DNA of 37,070 nt from Vezdaea acicularis (lineage: Eukaryota). Below, in pieces: positions 21,340 through 33,553 of the stretch. A program made the translations under genes and the position numbers. The first letter of the stretch is position 1, and each line of letters starts with the position of its first letter. Location: NCBI GenBank assembly GCA_026025075.1, contig JAPEUI010000065.1, positions 62,001 to 99,070 of the forward strand. The letters run 5' to 3'. Under the pieces are notes generated by a model. The model was not told where the DNA came from and made no database searches. It was given only the letters and a program-made list of their open reading frames with translations.

Positions 21340-23832
21340 TCTTCGCAGGCCGTAACCTGTCCTGCGGGCTTTGTATCGTACGATTCGAGCTCGGAGAGGA
21401 TGACATAGGAAGAATGGTGATCTTACATGCAATCGCTAGCAGTTGCAATGCAATAAGAAGGCGAAGTACGGCTTGCTGACCCGAAGATTGTCCAAACTCT
21501 ACCAGAGAGCTGTCACACAACCTCGATCGACCCAACTGAGTAGGATCGTCAAAAAGCTAGCAAGGAGAAAGATTGTGAGTAGACTGAGGCATAAAGAGGA
21601 AAGAAAGCTCTAGCAAGAGTCCTAGCAACAGTCCAACGCCTAGACTAAGGAAATGACAGAAGAAATTGAACAGGCAAAAGGTCAGAGAGGAGTCCAACAT
21701 CATGCGAGTGCGCATCATGGAGCCTTTGTAGGTTTCATGTCCCAACACCAAAGGCAAGGCTATCGGTGGTTGCCGGAGCATCTTGTCATCTCTATGAGCT
21801 GTACCAATGTCATTGCAGTCTCCAACTGCGAGCTTGGCGCTTGGAGGAAGGCCATGAGGTCAGACGTTTAAATTTGGTGAGCATTTGAAGGAATGACAAG
21901 GTGCCGTTGGCTGACACCAGGACGCGTTCAAGGTCGGCGGTTGCAAGGATATCCTGAGCGCCTACGCGGGAGGCGACAGCCTTCGCCAGCCAATGAATCG
22001 CCCCCAAGCGCTAATGACAACCAACGGTGTACCTTTAAAAAGCGATTGCAGAAAAGGACCCTGCCCACTCTCGACTTTCAAGCCTCCAAACAGGAAGGAT
22101 CAAGATGCTCTGTGCGCTCATGCTCGTAGAATAAAAATCCCGGTTATGTGGTACCTCAGATTCTGCCATACTGTCTAGTCTGCAATCAAGGTACTCCTAG
22201 CGTGATCTGATCCGTGGCTTTCGCGGCTCCCACACACACGTTCTGCTGAACCTTACGATCTACATCCGAAAGGTGACCGACTTACGCAAATAAGTCCTGT
22301 GCTCCACTGCCTAAGTCCGTCAAGGCCGTCGTTACCCGCAGGGTTTGCTCCTTCTACTGCAGCAGCGAAGGTTTGCCATCAAAGCTGCACCATACGATTC
22401 ACGGTTTCGCGCCGCATTAATGAGGCCGGTTCGAGAAACGTCTTAACGTACAAAGATACCTTCGCAAATAATTTCAGGCTGCCCGAAAATTGCTGAACGG
22501 ACACTTCTGAAACGGAGATCAGCAGACATAGGCCCGGAGATAATTAACTTTTACGATTATCAATTACAATGTTCTGCGCTCTTCTGCTCATAAGCTTCAG
22601 CTTTCCCTGCAGCTTCTGCATATCGTTGGCGACCTCTAGCCCACAACCATAACCGACAACTCTGGTCTGAGGCTAAAATCCAACACTCCAGGTGCATCGA
22701 CAGTGATCCTGCTATCACATATGTAATTGGCCCCAATCATGGTGGAGCTGCCGCTTTTGCTCTTGTTCCAGGCATTCCCTTGCCTGGATCTTCAACTGGA
22801 GGAGCATCTGACATCACCAATAGTTGCGAAGGGGTATAGGGTGGCGTGAGCTTTTCCCTAACTGGACCATCACTGGAAAACGCTACGTGAGAAGTCAAAG
22901 GTACGTCATAGTCTTGTTATGCATCTGACACTGATTGTTTGTATGTCTTACCGCCCATGAAGAGATCCCCAAAGATCGCCTCTCATGCCAAGTCTGAATC
23001 TGTGGTATAGCTCTTAACTCTAGGCCTACAACAGCTTCATGCATAGAAGTGGGATCTATACTTGCCCTTAGATCGAGTTGTCGTATCGAGTTTTACCCAA
23101 TCTGGAAGCTTGTGTGCTTTGTAAACATGCCTCCAAGTAAATCAGTGTGAAAAGAATTAACATTCTTTGCCCCCCCCTCGACAGTGGGTAAGATTCTCGT
23201 AGAGTAGCAACATTCAGCCTGGGCATGATCAAAACCTCGTGACTTGCACTGAGGATCGTTCATGCTCTTGAGTCAGGTTCTGTGTCAAACGTAGACTAAT
23301 CTCAGGTAAAGCGGAGCTCAAAGCAAACTCAACATGCAATGTTCATGTACCGAAGACTGGTATAGCGTTAAACAGTCAACCTTCAAAGAGAAAATCAGTA
23401 GGAGGATATATCATGATAGGCAGCGGGGTTTATCATCCCGTCAAGTAGTGGTCACTCGCAACTGCAGAATCATCCGTATTCCAAGTGATCTCGAAACTTC
23501 GGTCTTATGTCACTAAGCAATGGGTACCGACGTAGTGGCAGATACTTTGAAGAATCGTAATGTTTTGATATTACTATCCCCATACTCCGTGTCCTAACGA
23601 TAGAGATGTTTCCTTCATTCTTATTAGAACTCTATCCTGGGACCAAGGTACTCTGGTCATGGAAATGCCGCATCATCGAAACCCCGCATGCCAAGCCCGC
23701 TCAGGTATCAAAAAACAATCGCCTCAGCATCACTCTATACAAATTCAACCCCCACTTCCTAAGGTAACATCTTCCGGATTCAATCTTCAGAGCAATTCAT
23801 TCATAAGGTACCGTTAAGTCATGTCGGTAATT

Positions 23833-24174
23833 CTAGTACTTGAGAATTATGTACCTAAAATAGAGCATTAGCTGGAACTCATGGTACCATCTCTTGATAG
23901 GAGGCTCACAGTGCATGTACGATACCCGGAATGTATCCCAGAATTGTAAGGAGGATATTGATCAATAGATCGGCACCGCAACCGCGCTCAAGGAAGACAC
24001 CAAGCGGAGGAAGGAGAATGGCGAGGATGATCTTGCAGATATCACTGTAAAGATACTTGTTAGCTCACTCAATAAAGTAAAATACGATTTTATCGGCGAG
24101 TAAGGCTCTGTTCGGGGATTCCGCGAGCTCCGAATGGGGGGAATCAAAGAAGCTCACCTGGATGTGAAAGGCAT
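23833..24174 (-). CDS. PMP3: PMP3/RCI2-family plasma membrane proteolipid, 57 aa; exons 24174-24158, 24044-23910, 23854-23833
   Basis: Spliced product MPFTSSDICKIILAILLPPLGVFLERGCGADLLINILLTILGYIPGIVHALYIILKY* matches the PMP3 signature (LPPLGVF...INILLTILGYIPG.HALY). Donors are GTGAGC, with GCTAAC/GCTAAT branch points. Not in the ORF track. Confidence 0.95.
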
Positions 24175-25743
24175 GGTGTGAGTTGAGAGATCGGTGAATG
24201 GGAATCGGAGGGTTGTTGGAGTTGGCTTGCTTTCGCTGATGAAATATGAATGCTCTGGTGCACCTGCTAAGGATTCGGTTTGAGTTGAAGTTTGTGGTAG
24301 AAGTTTGTAGCTCGTGTGCGGGATTGTCGGTGTTTATATCACACGGGAAAGTTGGAAGGATCGCTTGCATGGTGTACACCCTCGTACGTCATCTGCATAG
24401 CTACCTCCGGAAAAAGGCGCCAGCCACCGCAGTTTCCTCACCTCTCTACTTCCAAGGAAAGTACCTGGCCACCAGTAGTGTGGTCCGCAAATTATTTTTT
24501 ATTTTTAGGAAGCGTCGTTACACCTGTAAATGCGCTCCAAAGTGCTTTCCTTTCACAGTAGCAGCTTACGCCCCAGCTTCGAGCAGTACCCAAGCTTGCC
24601 ACTTGAGCATCACAAAGGGTCGTCACCGACCACGACTACCAAAGTGGCTTTGCACAATGTTCTCAAGCGCGGGCGTTTTTTTAGTCAGAGCCAAGAGGTC
24701 ACATAAGTCCGACGGGCCCCCATGATTCGTTGGCGGTGGGCTTCGGGACGGAGGACGGGGAGGCAAGATGCGCACCTGACGCTTGCTTGCGCAGTCGGGC
24801 AGTCCAGCCCGGGTGGCGGTCCGCAGCAATCCGACCTTCTGCCAAGAAATTGCAGTCCTAAGTGCTGAAAGCGTGCACTTCATCATCTCTGTTAAGAAGT
24901 GATATCTTGACGACATCACGTTGTTTGATCGGAAACGTTAAGATCAGCATAGATCTGCACAAGAAGTGGCTGAAGAGGTGGCGGTGCACCTCAAGCGATC
25001 ATTGAGGCGGCTGCTTGCCGTTGATCATTGGCCGCAGTATCGCGCTCATACCAGGTAGAGTATACGATCTATTGAGAACTCATTTGGATATCAGAATCAA
25101 CGGGCGAACTCATCTTAGATGAACCCAGTGAAAAATATACGTCACCACCCTTTCTTTCCCCTGTGACTTCTAGATCTACTCTTTCCTACGTTCAAGCCAC
25201 TCTGTGCTTCTATCTATCCTCGGGTCTTCCCTTCAGTCCTCGAACGGGCAGATACAGTCTCTATCACAATCTAGGCATTTAACCGTCACATTCGGCCGCA
25301 GGCTGCAGAAATTTAGGCTTTCCATCCGCTCTGCTGTGCACAGAACTGAGACTAGTTTGACAACACTCGATCGATGATGAGAGAATTCCAATGGCTGAAT
25401 ATTCTTGGGGTTTATTTGTATATTTACCAGCCCTAGAATATAAGAAGGAGTCTTAATATTTGCTTGCGTCAAACAAAATTGTGAGCACGTGTTTATCGTC
25501 ATCAACGGCTGGTCCCCCACCCCACTACTTTGTATCAAATTTTGGCGAAGCTTCTGTAAGTTACAGGTGACTCGAAAACCATCTTTTGTGACCGACACTT
25601 GCGTATACATAGTCAAGTTCTAATACCCCGGTGTCGATGCGGCTTGTCTTACAGCAATTTTGTTTTGAGATTACTTGCTCTGTCATGCTTCGCAGGTGTC
25701 CCCAAATGTTGCTTTTCAAGAACGATTTTCGATAGCAACTAAG

Positions 25744-28700
25744 ATGCAGTCTGCGGCGATCGGTGGAGGCTCGGTGAAGGAGCAGGTAGTGGACTTCTTA
25801 CCCAAGCGTATTAAAGAAGTACGGTTCGGAGTTCTGTAAGCTCTTGCTGTCCAATAGAGTGTCCGTTTGTGACTAATTTTGTGCCAGCTCAAACCAAGAA
25901 ATTGTCAATCAAGCTGTAATCGAAGTTTCGAGTCGCGAACTCTATACACTCGATCGCAATAGGCAGACATCAGCAAATGGGCCGCTTGATGGGCGTTTGG
26001 TAAGCTTATATTAGTAAGATTGTAGGTAGTAGATTGATGGTTGTGCTTCTCAGGGAACTTCCTCAAAAACTTTGAATTGCGACACTTGTGGTGATTCGCT
26101 GCAAACATGTAACGGGCATTTCGGATATATCAAGCTCGCTTTGCCGGTCTTCCACATAGGATATTTCAAGATGATAATCGCTACACTTCAGGAGATATGT
26201 AAGGTACATTTATCTGTATAAAGTATAATCTGTACTATCAGCTTACACAATCAGGATTGTGCACGTATACTACTTACTGAAAATGAGATACGTTCGTTCT
26301 TGCGAGATCTTCGTAGACCTCACATAGATAATCTTCGCCGAAGCCAGATCTTGAAGAAGATCAACGCCCGATGCCGAAAAACTAAAGCCTGCTATTATTG
26401 TGGTGCCGTCAATGGAGTTGTACGGAAAGCAGCTGGACCCCTTAAGATCATCCACGATAAGTACCGCGCTTTCAACGCGTCTACCGCGGCGAAAAAACAA
26501 CCTCCAGAAAGTAAGATTCTGTTTGATCGCTCCTTTGAGGAAGCAGCGAAACAAAACCATGAACTGGAAAAACATGTCAAGAAGGCTTTGGATGATCTGA
26601 ATCCTCTTCGAGTCTTGAAACTTTTCGAACGAATACCGAACACCGAAGTGGAGCTTTTAGGGATCAATACCACTGAGGAGTCCCCGGAAATGCTCATATG
26701 GCAATACGTCCCGGTACCGCCCGTATGCATTCGACCATCGGTGGCGCAAGATGCGGCGAGTACAGAAGATGACCTGACCACCAAACTAGGCGACATAGTC
26801 CACATGAGTTCTCTGCTTCGACAAGGCCTCGTAAACGGCCAGCCCATTCAAACAATTATGGAGCAATGGGACTATTTGCAGGTCCAAGTTGCTATGTACA
26901 TTAATAGCGACATACCGGGTTTGCTTCAGGCTGGCAACGTGAAAGCAATGCGAGGCCTTTGCCAGAGGTTAAAAGGAAAACAAGGGCGGTTTAGAGGAAA
27001 TCTTTCTGGTAAACGAGTGGACTTCTCTGGCCGCACAGTCATTTCACCTGACCCGAATCTTGGCATTGATCAGGTCGCTGTTCCACTTCTTGTGGCGAAG
27101 AATCTCACATACCCGGAGCGCGTGTCGCAGACTAACATTGAGAAGCTCAAGAAGAGGGTGCGGAACGGAGCAAATAGATGGCCTGGAGCGAACTACCTGA
27201 TAAAGAAGAATCTGGACAACAAGCTTTTTTTGAAGTATGGCGACTTGGAAAAAACGGCTAAATATTTAAAGATCGGTGACATCGTTGAGAGGCATCTTGA
27301 GGACGGCGATATCGTCCTTTTCAATCGACAACCATCTCTTCACAAACTCAGCATCCTGAGCCACTTTGTAAAAGTGCGACCATGGAGAACTTTTCGATTG
27401 AACGAGTGTGTCTGCAACCCATATAATGCAGATTTCGACGGAGATGAGATGAATCTTCACGTTCCTCAGACCGAAGAAGCTAGGACAGAAGCTATGCAGC
27501 TTATGGGCGTTAAGCACAATCTGTTGACTCCAAAAAACGGAGAGCCTATAATAGCGGCAATCCAAGATTTCATTACAGCTGCTTACCTTCTGACTAGGAA
27601 GGATAATTTCTACAATCGTAAAGCTTTCGCTGCAATCTGCATGTCGATGGTTGATGGTAGTATGACGATTGATATACCACCTCCAGCAATTGTAAAGCCA
27701 CAAGCGCTCTGGACGGGAAAACAGGTATTCAATATCTTGATTCGTCCCAACAAAACATCACCTGTTCGAATTAACCTTGATGCTCCAACCAAACAATTTA
27801 AGCCTGAAGCAAATATGCCGCGGGATCTTTGCGAAAACGATGGCTGGGTATCGATTCGGAACTCAGAAGTGATGTGTGGACGTATTGACAAATTTATGAT
27901 CGGACAAGGGCCGAAAGATTCAGTCTTCTACGTCATCCTGCGTGATTATGGACCAGATGAAGCCGTAAGGGCCATGAACCGGCTAGCAAAGTTTTCGGCG
28001 CGATGGCTCACGAATGAAGGGTTTTCGATTGGAATAAGTGACGTATTCCCAGGGGGTAAGTTGGTGGATCTTAAGCAAGAGCTGATCGAAAAAGCGTACA
28101 AAGCGTGTAACGACATTATCGAAGAATATAGAGAGGGAAGGCTAGAAAACGCAGCTGGATGTAACAAGGAACAGACAATGGAAAATAAGATTTCAGGCCT
28201 TCTGAATAGAGTTCGGCAAGATACTGGGAAAACTTGTATACAGGAGCTTAGTCGGCATAACGCTCCTCTGATTATGGCTCTATCAGGATCGAAAGGTTCC
28301 CAAATCAATGTTGCTCAAATGGTAGCGGTAGTTGGACAACAAATTATTGGAGGTCAACGTGTGCCGGACGGTTTCCAAGATCGCAGCCTTCCTCATTTCC
28401 CCAAAAACGCGCGTCAGCCTCCATCTAAAGGCTTTGTGCGTAATAGTTTTTTTAGTGGACTTAATCCAACAGAGTTTTTGTTCCATGCCATTTCAGGTCG
28501 AGAGGGGCTTGTCGACACTGCTGTCAAAACGGCTGAGACTGGCTATATGTCGCGCCGACTTATCAAGTCTCTCGAAGACTTGTCGACCCAGTATGATGAC
28601 ACTGTGCGAAACGCATCTGCAGGTGTCGTCCAGTTTCAGTATGGAGAAGATAAGCTGGATCCAGTTGATATGGAGGGGAAAGCGAAGCCTGTGAATTTTG

Positions 28701-30326
28701 ACCGCACTTTCATCCATGCAGAGGTAGGTGACCATCATCCAAACTTCAACGCGGCTTTCTAATATGACGTAGTCTACAACCTACGATAAACATGGCTCAG
28801 GCCTTCTTCCTGCGCAAATTGTCTCCTTGTGTGAGGAGCTCTTGGAACCCGAGAAAGCCAAGCTCAACCGCACTACCCTGACTGGCGAAAAGTTATCATA
28901 CCTAGATAGAAGCGACGCTGGGATTGATCAACTTGAAAGTGCACGAGACTTCTTACAGGCAATCCATGATTACGTCGCTATGAAAGCGGATCAGATTAAA
29001 CATTCACGTCAGCTCCTCCATGTTCCAACTTCCCGTAAATCTTCTGCGAAGGATGCAGAGGTTGCGTCTGATCAGGTCGCCAAAGTCTCCATCAAAACGC
29101 TCGAGTGCTTCGTTAGGTTGTGTTTGAAGAAGTACAAAAGAGCTCAGGTTGAGCCAGGGCACGCCGTTGGTGCCGTTGGTGCTCAGTCAATTGGAGAGCC
29201 CGGAACCCAGATGACACTAAAGACCTTCCATTTCGCGGGAGTAGCTGGTATGAGCATTACTCAGGGCGTACCCCGTATCAAGGAGATAATAAACGCCTCC
29301 AAGATTATCTCTACGCCAGTTATCACTTGTGAGCTAGAAGACCATATAAAGAGTGATGTTCGCAAAGCCCGAGAAGTTAAAGGTCGGATTGAGAAGACCT
29401 ATATCTCTGACGTCATTGTCTATATCGAGGATAATTGGTCCTCGAGGACATGCTTTCTAGAGATGCAAATTGATTTTGACTATATAGCTAAGATGCGGTT
29501 AGAGATCGACTTGAAAAGAATATGCGATACCCTTGTCGACCATAGGAAGCTCAAGCTCAGTAATCAGGACGTCATAATCCACAACAGAGAAGTCAGAGTG
29601 TATATCCGCGGCCATCCCGCTATACGAAATGCTGGAGCACGTGGAAAAGCTTCAAAAGCCGAAGAGGCAGATGCATTCACTCGACTGCACTGGCTCAAAC
29701 GAGTCATTCCAACTATTGCTGTCTGCGGATATCCCGAAGCTTCGAGGGCCATCATCAAAACAGATGAATCAAATAACACAAATACTCTTCTGATCGAGGG
29801 ATACGGTTTGCGTGCCTGTATGACTACTCCAGGCGTAGTTGGAACAAAGACAAGGTCGAATTCTGTCCTTGAAACATATTCTATCTTGGGTATCGAAGCT
29901 GCGAGATCTACTATCGTATCAGAAATCAACCTTGTCATGGGCGACATGGACATTGATCCGCGACATATGCAGCTACTGGCAGATGTCATGACATATAAGG
30001 GGGAGATTCTTGGTATTACTCGTTTCGGACTTGCTAAAATGCGCGACTCTGTCTTGCAGCTTGCGAGTTTTGAGAAAACTCCTGACCACTTATTCGAGGC
30101 AGGCTTTAGAGGAAAGACGGATAAGATTGAGGGAGTTAGCGAGTGCATCATCATGGGTCAGGGCATGCGCATTGGAACCGGCGCCTTTGGGCTTCTACGT
30201 CCGCTGAAAGTGGACGGGCTTGGTACGAAAAGTTGCCTTTTTGAGGAGACCTGGGAGGTCTGGAGGAAGGAAGACCTGGCGAGCAGGAAGGCGAAGAGGG
30301 TGGTTGATGTGAATATGGTGGTTTGA
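25744..30326 (+). CDS. RPC1: DNA-directed RNA polymerase III largest subunit (RPC1/RPO31/POLR3A); introns 25836-25887, 26000-26053, 26204-26254, 28724-28772
   Basis: Pol III-type start [18 protein letters not shown], zinc site CDTC...[29 protein letters not shown], catalytic [11 protein letters not shown], trigger loop [17 protein letters not shown], and C-terminal [14 protein letters not shown]. The spliced length is about 1460 aa. Confidence 0.97.
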
Positions 30327-30669
30327 CAAAGGTTAACATTGCATACTTGGAGTAGCTTGCACGGTAGGGCTGGATTGCTTTCTGCATTTACAAGGGAAGG
30401 AACTACGTGAAATGTTTGATGACTTTTAAGTTAATGTACTAGCCCTGCAAACCAGACGATGTTCTGCAAGTAATGGTAATATTAAGTGGTTAGTTAGTGT
30501 TTAAAGTTGCCGCATATGTCTATTGCACGTGGATCTAATGCCGGGTTCACATTCGCTCCCGAAAAACCCTGCAACATATCAACCTTCTACCGAAGTCAGT
30601 GCACGGCACAACGACTCAGATGATGCAAAGGAGTCTCTCCTTACCAAGCGGCCCAATTCTTATCCGATT

Positions 30670-32090
30670 ATGGCCTCCACTGAGGAAGCAAGATTTCCGC
30701 TGCTCAAGGAGAATGAGATCTATAGGCAGAAGCTGCGCCGGAATCGTCCGTTTGGTTCAGGATATTCCAGCAGATTATCTCTAACGTAGGCCTCATGTCC
30801 TTCTCGATACTCTAGGCGCGAAAACAAGATTTTTTGGGCTTTGATCTAATCTATGATCAAGCAAGCTAAGACTTTCGCTCCCCGTCTATTAGTATTATAG
30901 TGTTGCTCGTTCCTGTTTATATGCTTGCACATCTCCTGATGGACCCAGGTGGATCTGTGTACATTCAATATACTGCAGTCACCGGATACTTCCTCCAAGA
31001 TGACCCTGACACAAGCGCGCCTGATTTTGATTATGTATGATATGTCGCCTTTGAGCAACGAGGTATCCCTCTAACGTACCCAGGCAACGAAGAACCTAGG
31101 GCTCATTAATCGAAGCTACAACAGCGATATTAAATACGATCCTAGGCATGAGAAAACGCAATGGCAACGCTTCGAGTATTATGTGTCTAAGAAAAATGAA
31201 GAGAGCGAAGCAAATGTAGAATACAAGGTCCTTTACATGGGACGACATGGAGAGGGGTATCACAATGTCGCAGAATCATATTACGGCAAGGAGGCATGGG
31301 ACGTAAGGAGACTTGTATAGCTATTATAAGATACCAGCGTTGACGTCAAGGTAGTGCTACTGGTCGACGCTCGATGGCAACGGTACCTCCACATGGGCAG
31401 ATGCCGAACTCACGTTTGCGGGCATTGCCCAAGCGCAAGCTGCCCAAAAGTTCTGGGGAAAGGCCCTGCAAGAAGGAAAGATACCGTTGCCAGAGACCTA
31501 TTATGTCAGTCCACTGCGTCGGTGTCTTCATACAGCTCAAGGCACATTTGCGGATCTCGATATAGTGCCACCTCACCGCCCCTTTCGTCCTGTCATCAAA
31601 GAAGTGAGCACTATATGCCCAGATTGTAAAGTCTCAGAGAAATCCTTACTAAACTCAACCACAGCTCCTGAGAGAAGCCCTCGGGATCCACACCTGCGAT
31701 CGGCGATCAGACAAGTCCTGGATCCAGCAGAACTATCCCTTCTTCTCCTTTGAGGCCGACTTCGCAGACTCCGACCCTCTCTGGAGCGCAACAGAACGGG
31801 AAAGCCGCTCTGCGCATACCGTGCGCATGAAAACTCTCCTTGATGATATTTTTACGCACGACAGGTCTACTTTTATTTCGTTCACGACACATTCAGGCAG
31901 CATTGGGGCCATTCTTAGGGCAATTGGTCATAGAGACTTTGACCTGAGAACGGGTGCAATCATTCCCGTCTTATTAAAAGCGGAGACGATCGCGGGGACG
32001 CCGCCAGTGACAAGTGTGGCGCCAGGGAAGACGAAGCCGGCGTGTTTGACATCTCCAACAAGTCTGGTGACACCAAATTTGAGTATATGA
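30670..32090 (+). CDS. Histidine phosphatase / phosphoglycerate-mutase-like protein (PMU1 family); introns 30786-30892 (tentative), 31035-31083, 31303-31354, 31604-31664; alternative starts at 30538 or 30921
   Basis: Catalytic KVLYMGRHGEGYHN, plus WADAELT, YVSPLRRCLHTA, LREALGIHTCDRRS, ISFTTHSGSI and the N-terminal YTAVTGYFLQDDP block. The 5' exon is less certain. Confidence 0.85.
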
Positions 32091-32201
32091 GCGTAGATTT
32101 GGAAAGGCTCCAAGGTTCGATGCATTTATGGAGGGTCTTGTACATATAAAGCTAAGAAAGGAAGCCAGGCCTTTAACGCCATCCTACTTTGCCCCTTACT
32201 T

Positions 32202-33384
32202 TTACCTCGCCGCAACCTCCCTCTCGACTTCGTACATGAAATCGAAATATGGCTTATCGAAATGATGTACTCGCACGTAACCATCCTCACCACCACTGGC
32301 ATAGCTCCTGCCCTGTGGATCCACTGCAATATAGTTCAACGGCCCAAAATGACCCTTCACTCTGCCAATTTCATCTTCGAAGATTCGGTGATAAAAGCGA
32401 GCCTCGAATTTTCCTTGGCGGGTGGACGTTGTTGTGACATCCATAGCAGCTTGACCTCCACCTAGAATGGCGAACTCTTTCTTGGGTGTCAAAGCGGCTG
32501 TGTTGAGTGGCGTGTCGGCTACGAACGTTTTCCATATGGTAAGGTCGCGGGCTGAGATTATCTTGGCGGTCTTGTCTTTACTGGCGGTGATAAAGTAGGT
32601 GCGGTCAGGCGACCATTGCAGATCTGTTACTTGCATATCGGGGTCATGGGCCGGGATGTTGAGCAGCTGTTCCCCCGTCTATCATGAGGTTAGTGTACCT
32701 GATATATTTGAGTTACGGACAACCGGGTATTGGATATGTACCTCAGCGTCGTACTGGGATATGCTTCCGTCTTCGTGCCCAGCTATGATGTACCGAGAAA
32801 GAAAGCTCCATCCCGCTACAGTCGCCTTACTATCTTCGCAGGTAATAGTCAAGCTGCGCTCGTTTGTTTGGGGAGCATCCACATCAACTACAACGTCGAA
32901 AACCACGATCGTCCCCAGAAATCCCATGCGCTTCTCTGTAACAGCAAGAAGTTTTGTTCCGTCTTCGTTGAACTCAACCCGCTTAACAGCCGTAGGGAAG
33001 TCCCAAGTCTTCAGACACCTTCCAGATTTAACATCCCATAACCGCACGGTATTGTCGGCAGCGCCAGAGGCCATGAGAGTGGTAGTAGGGTCAACATCAA
33101 CGGTCCAGAGGGCACCTTGATGTCCATGGTACGTTCCTAGACGCTCGCCATTGTTGGCAAACCAGGCGCATATTACCTGGTCTTTTGCAGTGGAGAAGAG
33201 GATATCGCCATCTCGGTTATATCTATCAGAGTCAGTAAAGCCTCTTTCAAGCATGAGAATAGTGAAAGATGCCATACTTTATTTGTGTTAAGGCTCGCTC
33301 CTGAAGATTAAAGTCAGCTGGAGCCTAAAGCATTCGTTGAGGGGAAGGATTTCGTACATGGCCTTGCAGCAGTATAGGTCTCAT
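32202..33384 (-). CDS. TIF34: Eukaryotic translation initiation factor 3 subunit I (WD40); introns 33301-33357, 33223-33277, 32679-32741
   Basis: Spliced start [23 protein letters not shown], then [30 protein letters not shown] and [13 protein letters not shown]...[14 protein letters not shown]. Confidence 0.96.
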
Positions 33385-33553
33385 GGTGGATGTGGTTCGA
33401 GAAAAGTTCGCGTTGCGGGCAAAGAGGCCGCTCCAGTGCGTGGGGCATCCGATTTCAACCAATCAGCGCCTAGGAACTTTTATTTTCTTCCTTCGCTACT
33501 GTAGCGGTAGGGTTCAGGCGTATTCTTTGCAGGACGGTGAATGACCCGCCCAA
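33385..33553. promoter_or_regulatory. Short bidirectional promoter between eIF3i and the folate enzyme, with a CCAAT box (CCAATCA 33459-33465)
   Basis: The divergent ATGs are 170-380 bp apart, depending on which start the folate gene uses. One CCAATCA motif lies between them. Confidence 0.4.

Noticed and set aside
20675..21535. 286-aa alternative-frame ORF overlapping the CFEM-like gene
   Set aside because: Non-ATG start, same-strand frame-shifted shadow, and no recognisable domain.
21557..21781. Hydrophobic 74-aa ORF upstream of the CFEM-like gene
   Set aside because: The hydrophobicity is explained by the pyrimidine-rich leader/promoter composition, and no family is recognisable.
24780..25140. 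Possible structured ncRNA (small hairpins such as CCTCAA-N7-TTGAGG, repeated GAACTCAT) between PMP3 and RPC1
   Set aside because: The stems are short, and I could not find snRNA, snoRNA, RNase P/MRP or telomerase-template motifs. An Infernal/Rfam scan would be needed.
26255..30326. Intein or unusual insertion in RPC1, or a split gene
   Set aside because: The two large ORFs are joined by an ordinary 49-nt intron (28724-28772), the total length is typical, and no intein or endonuclease motifs are visible.
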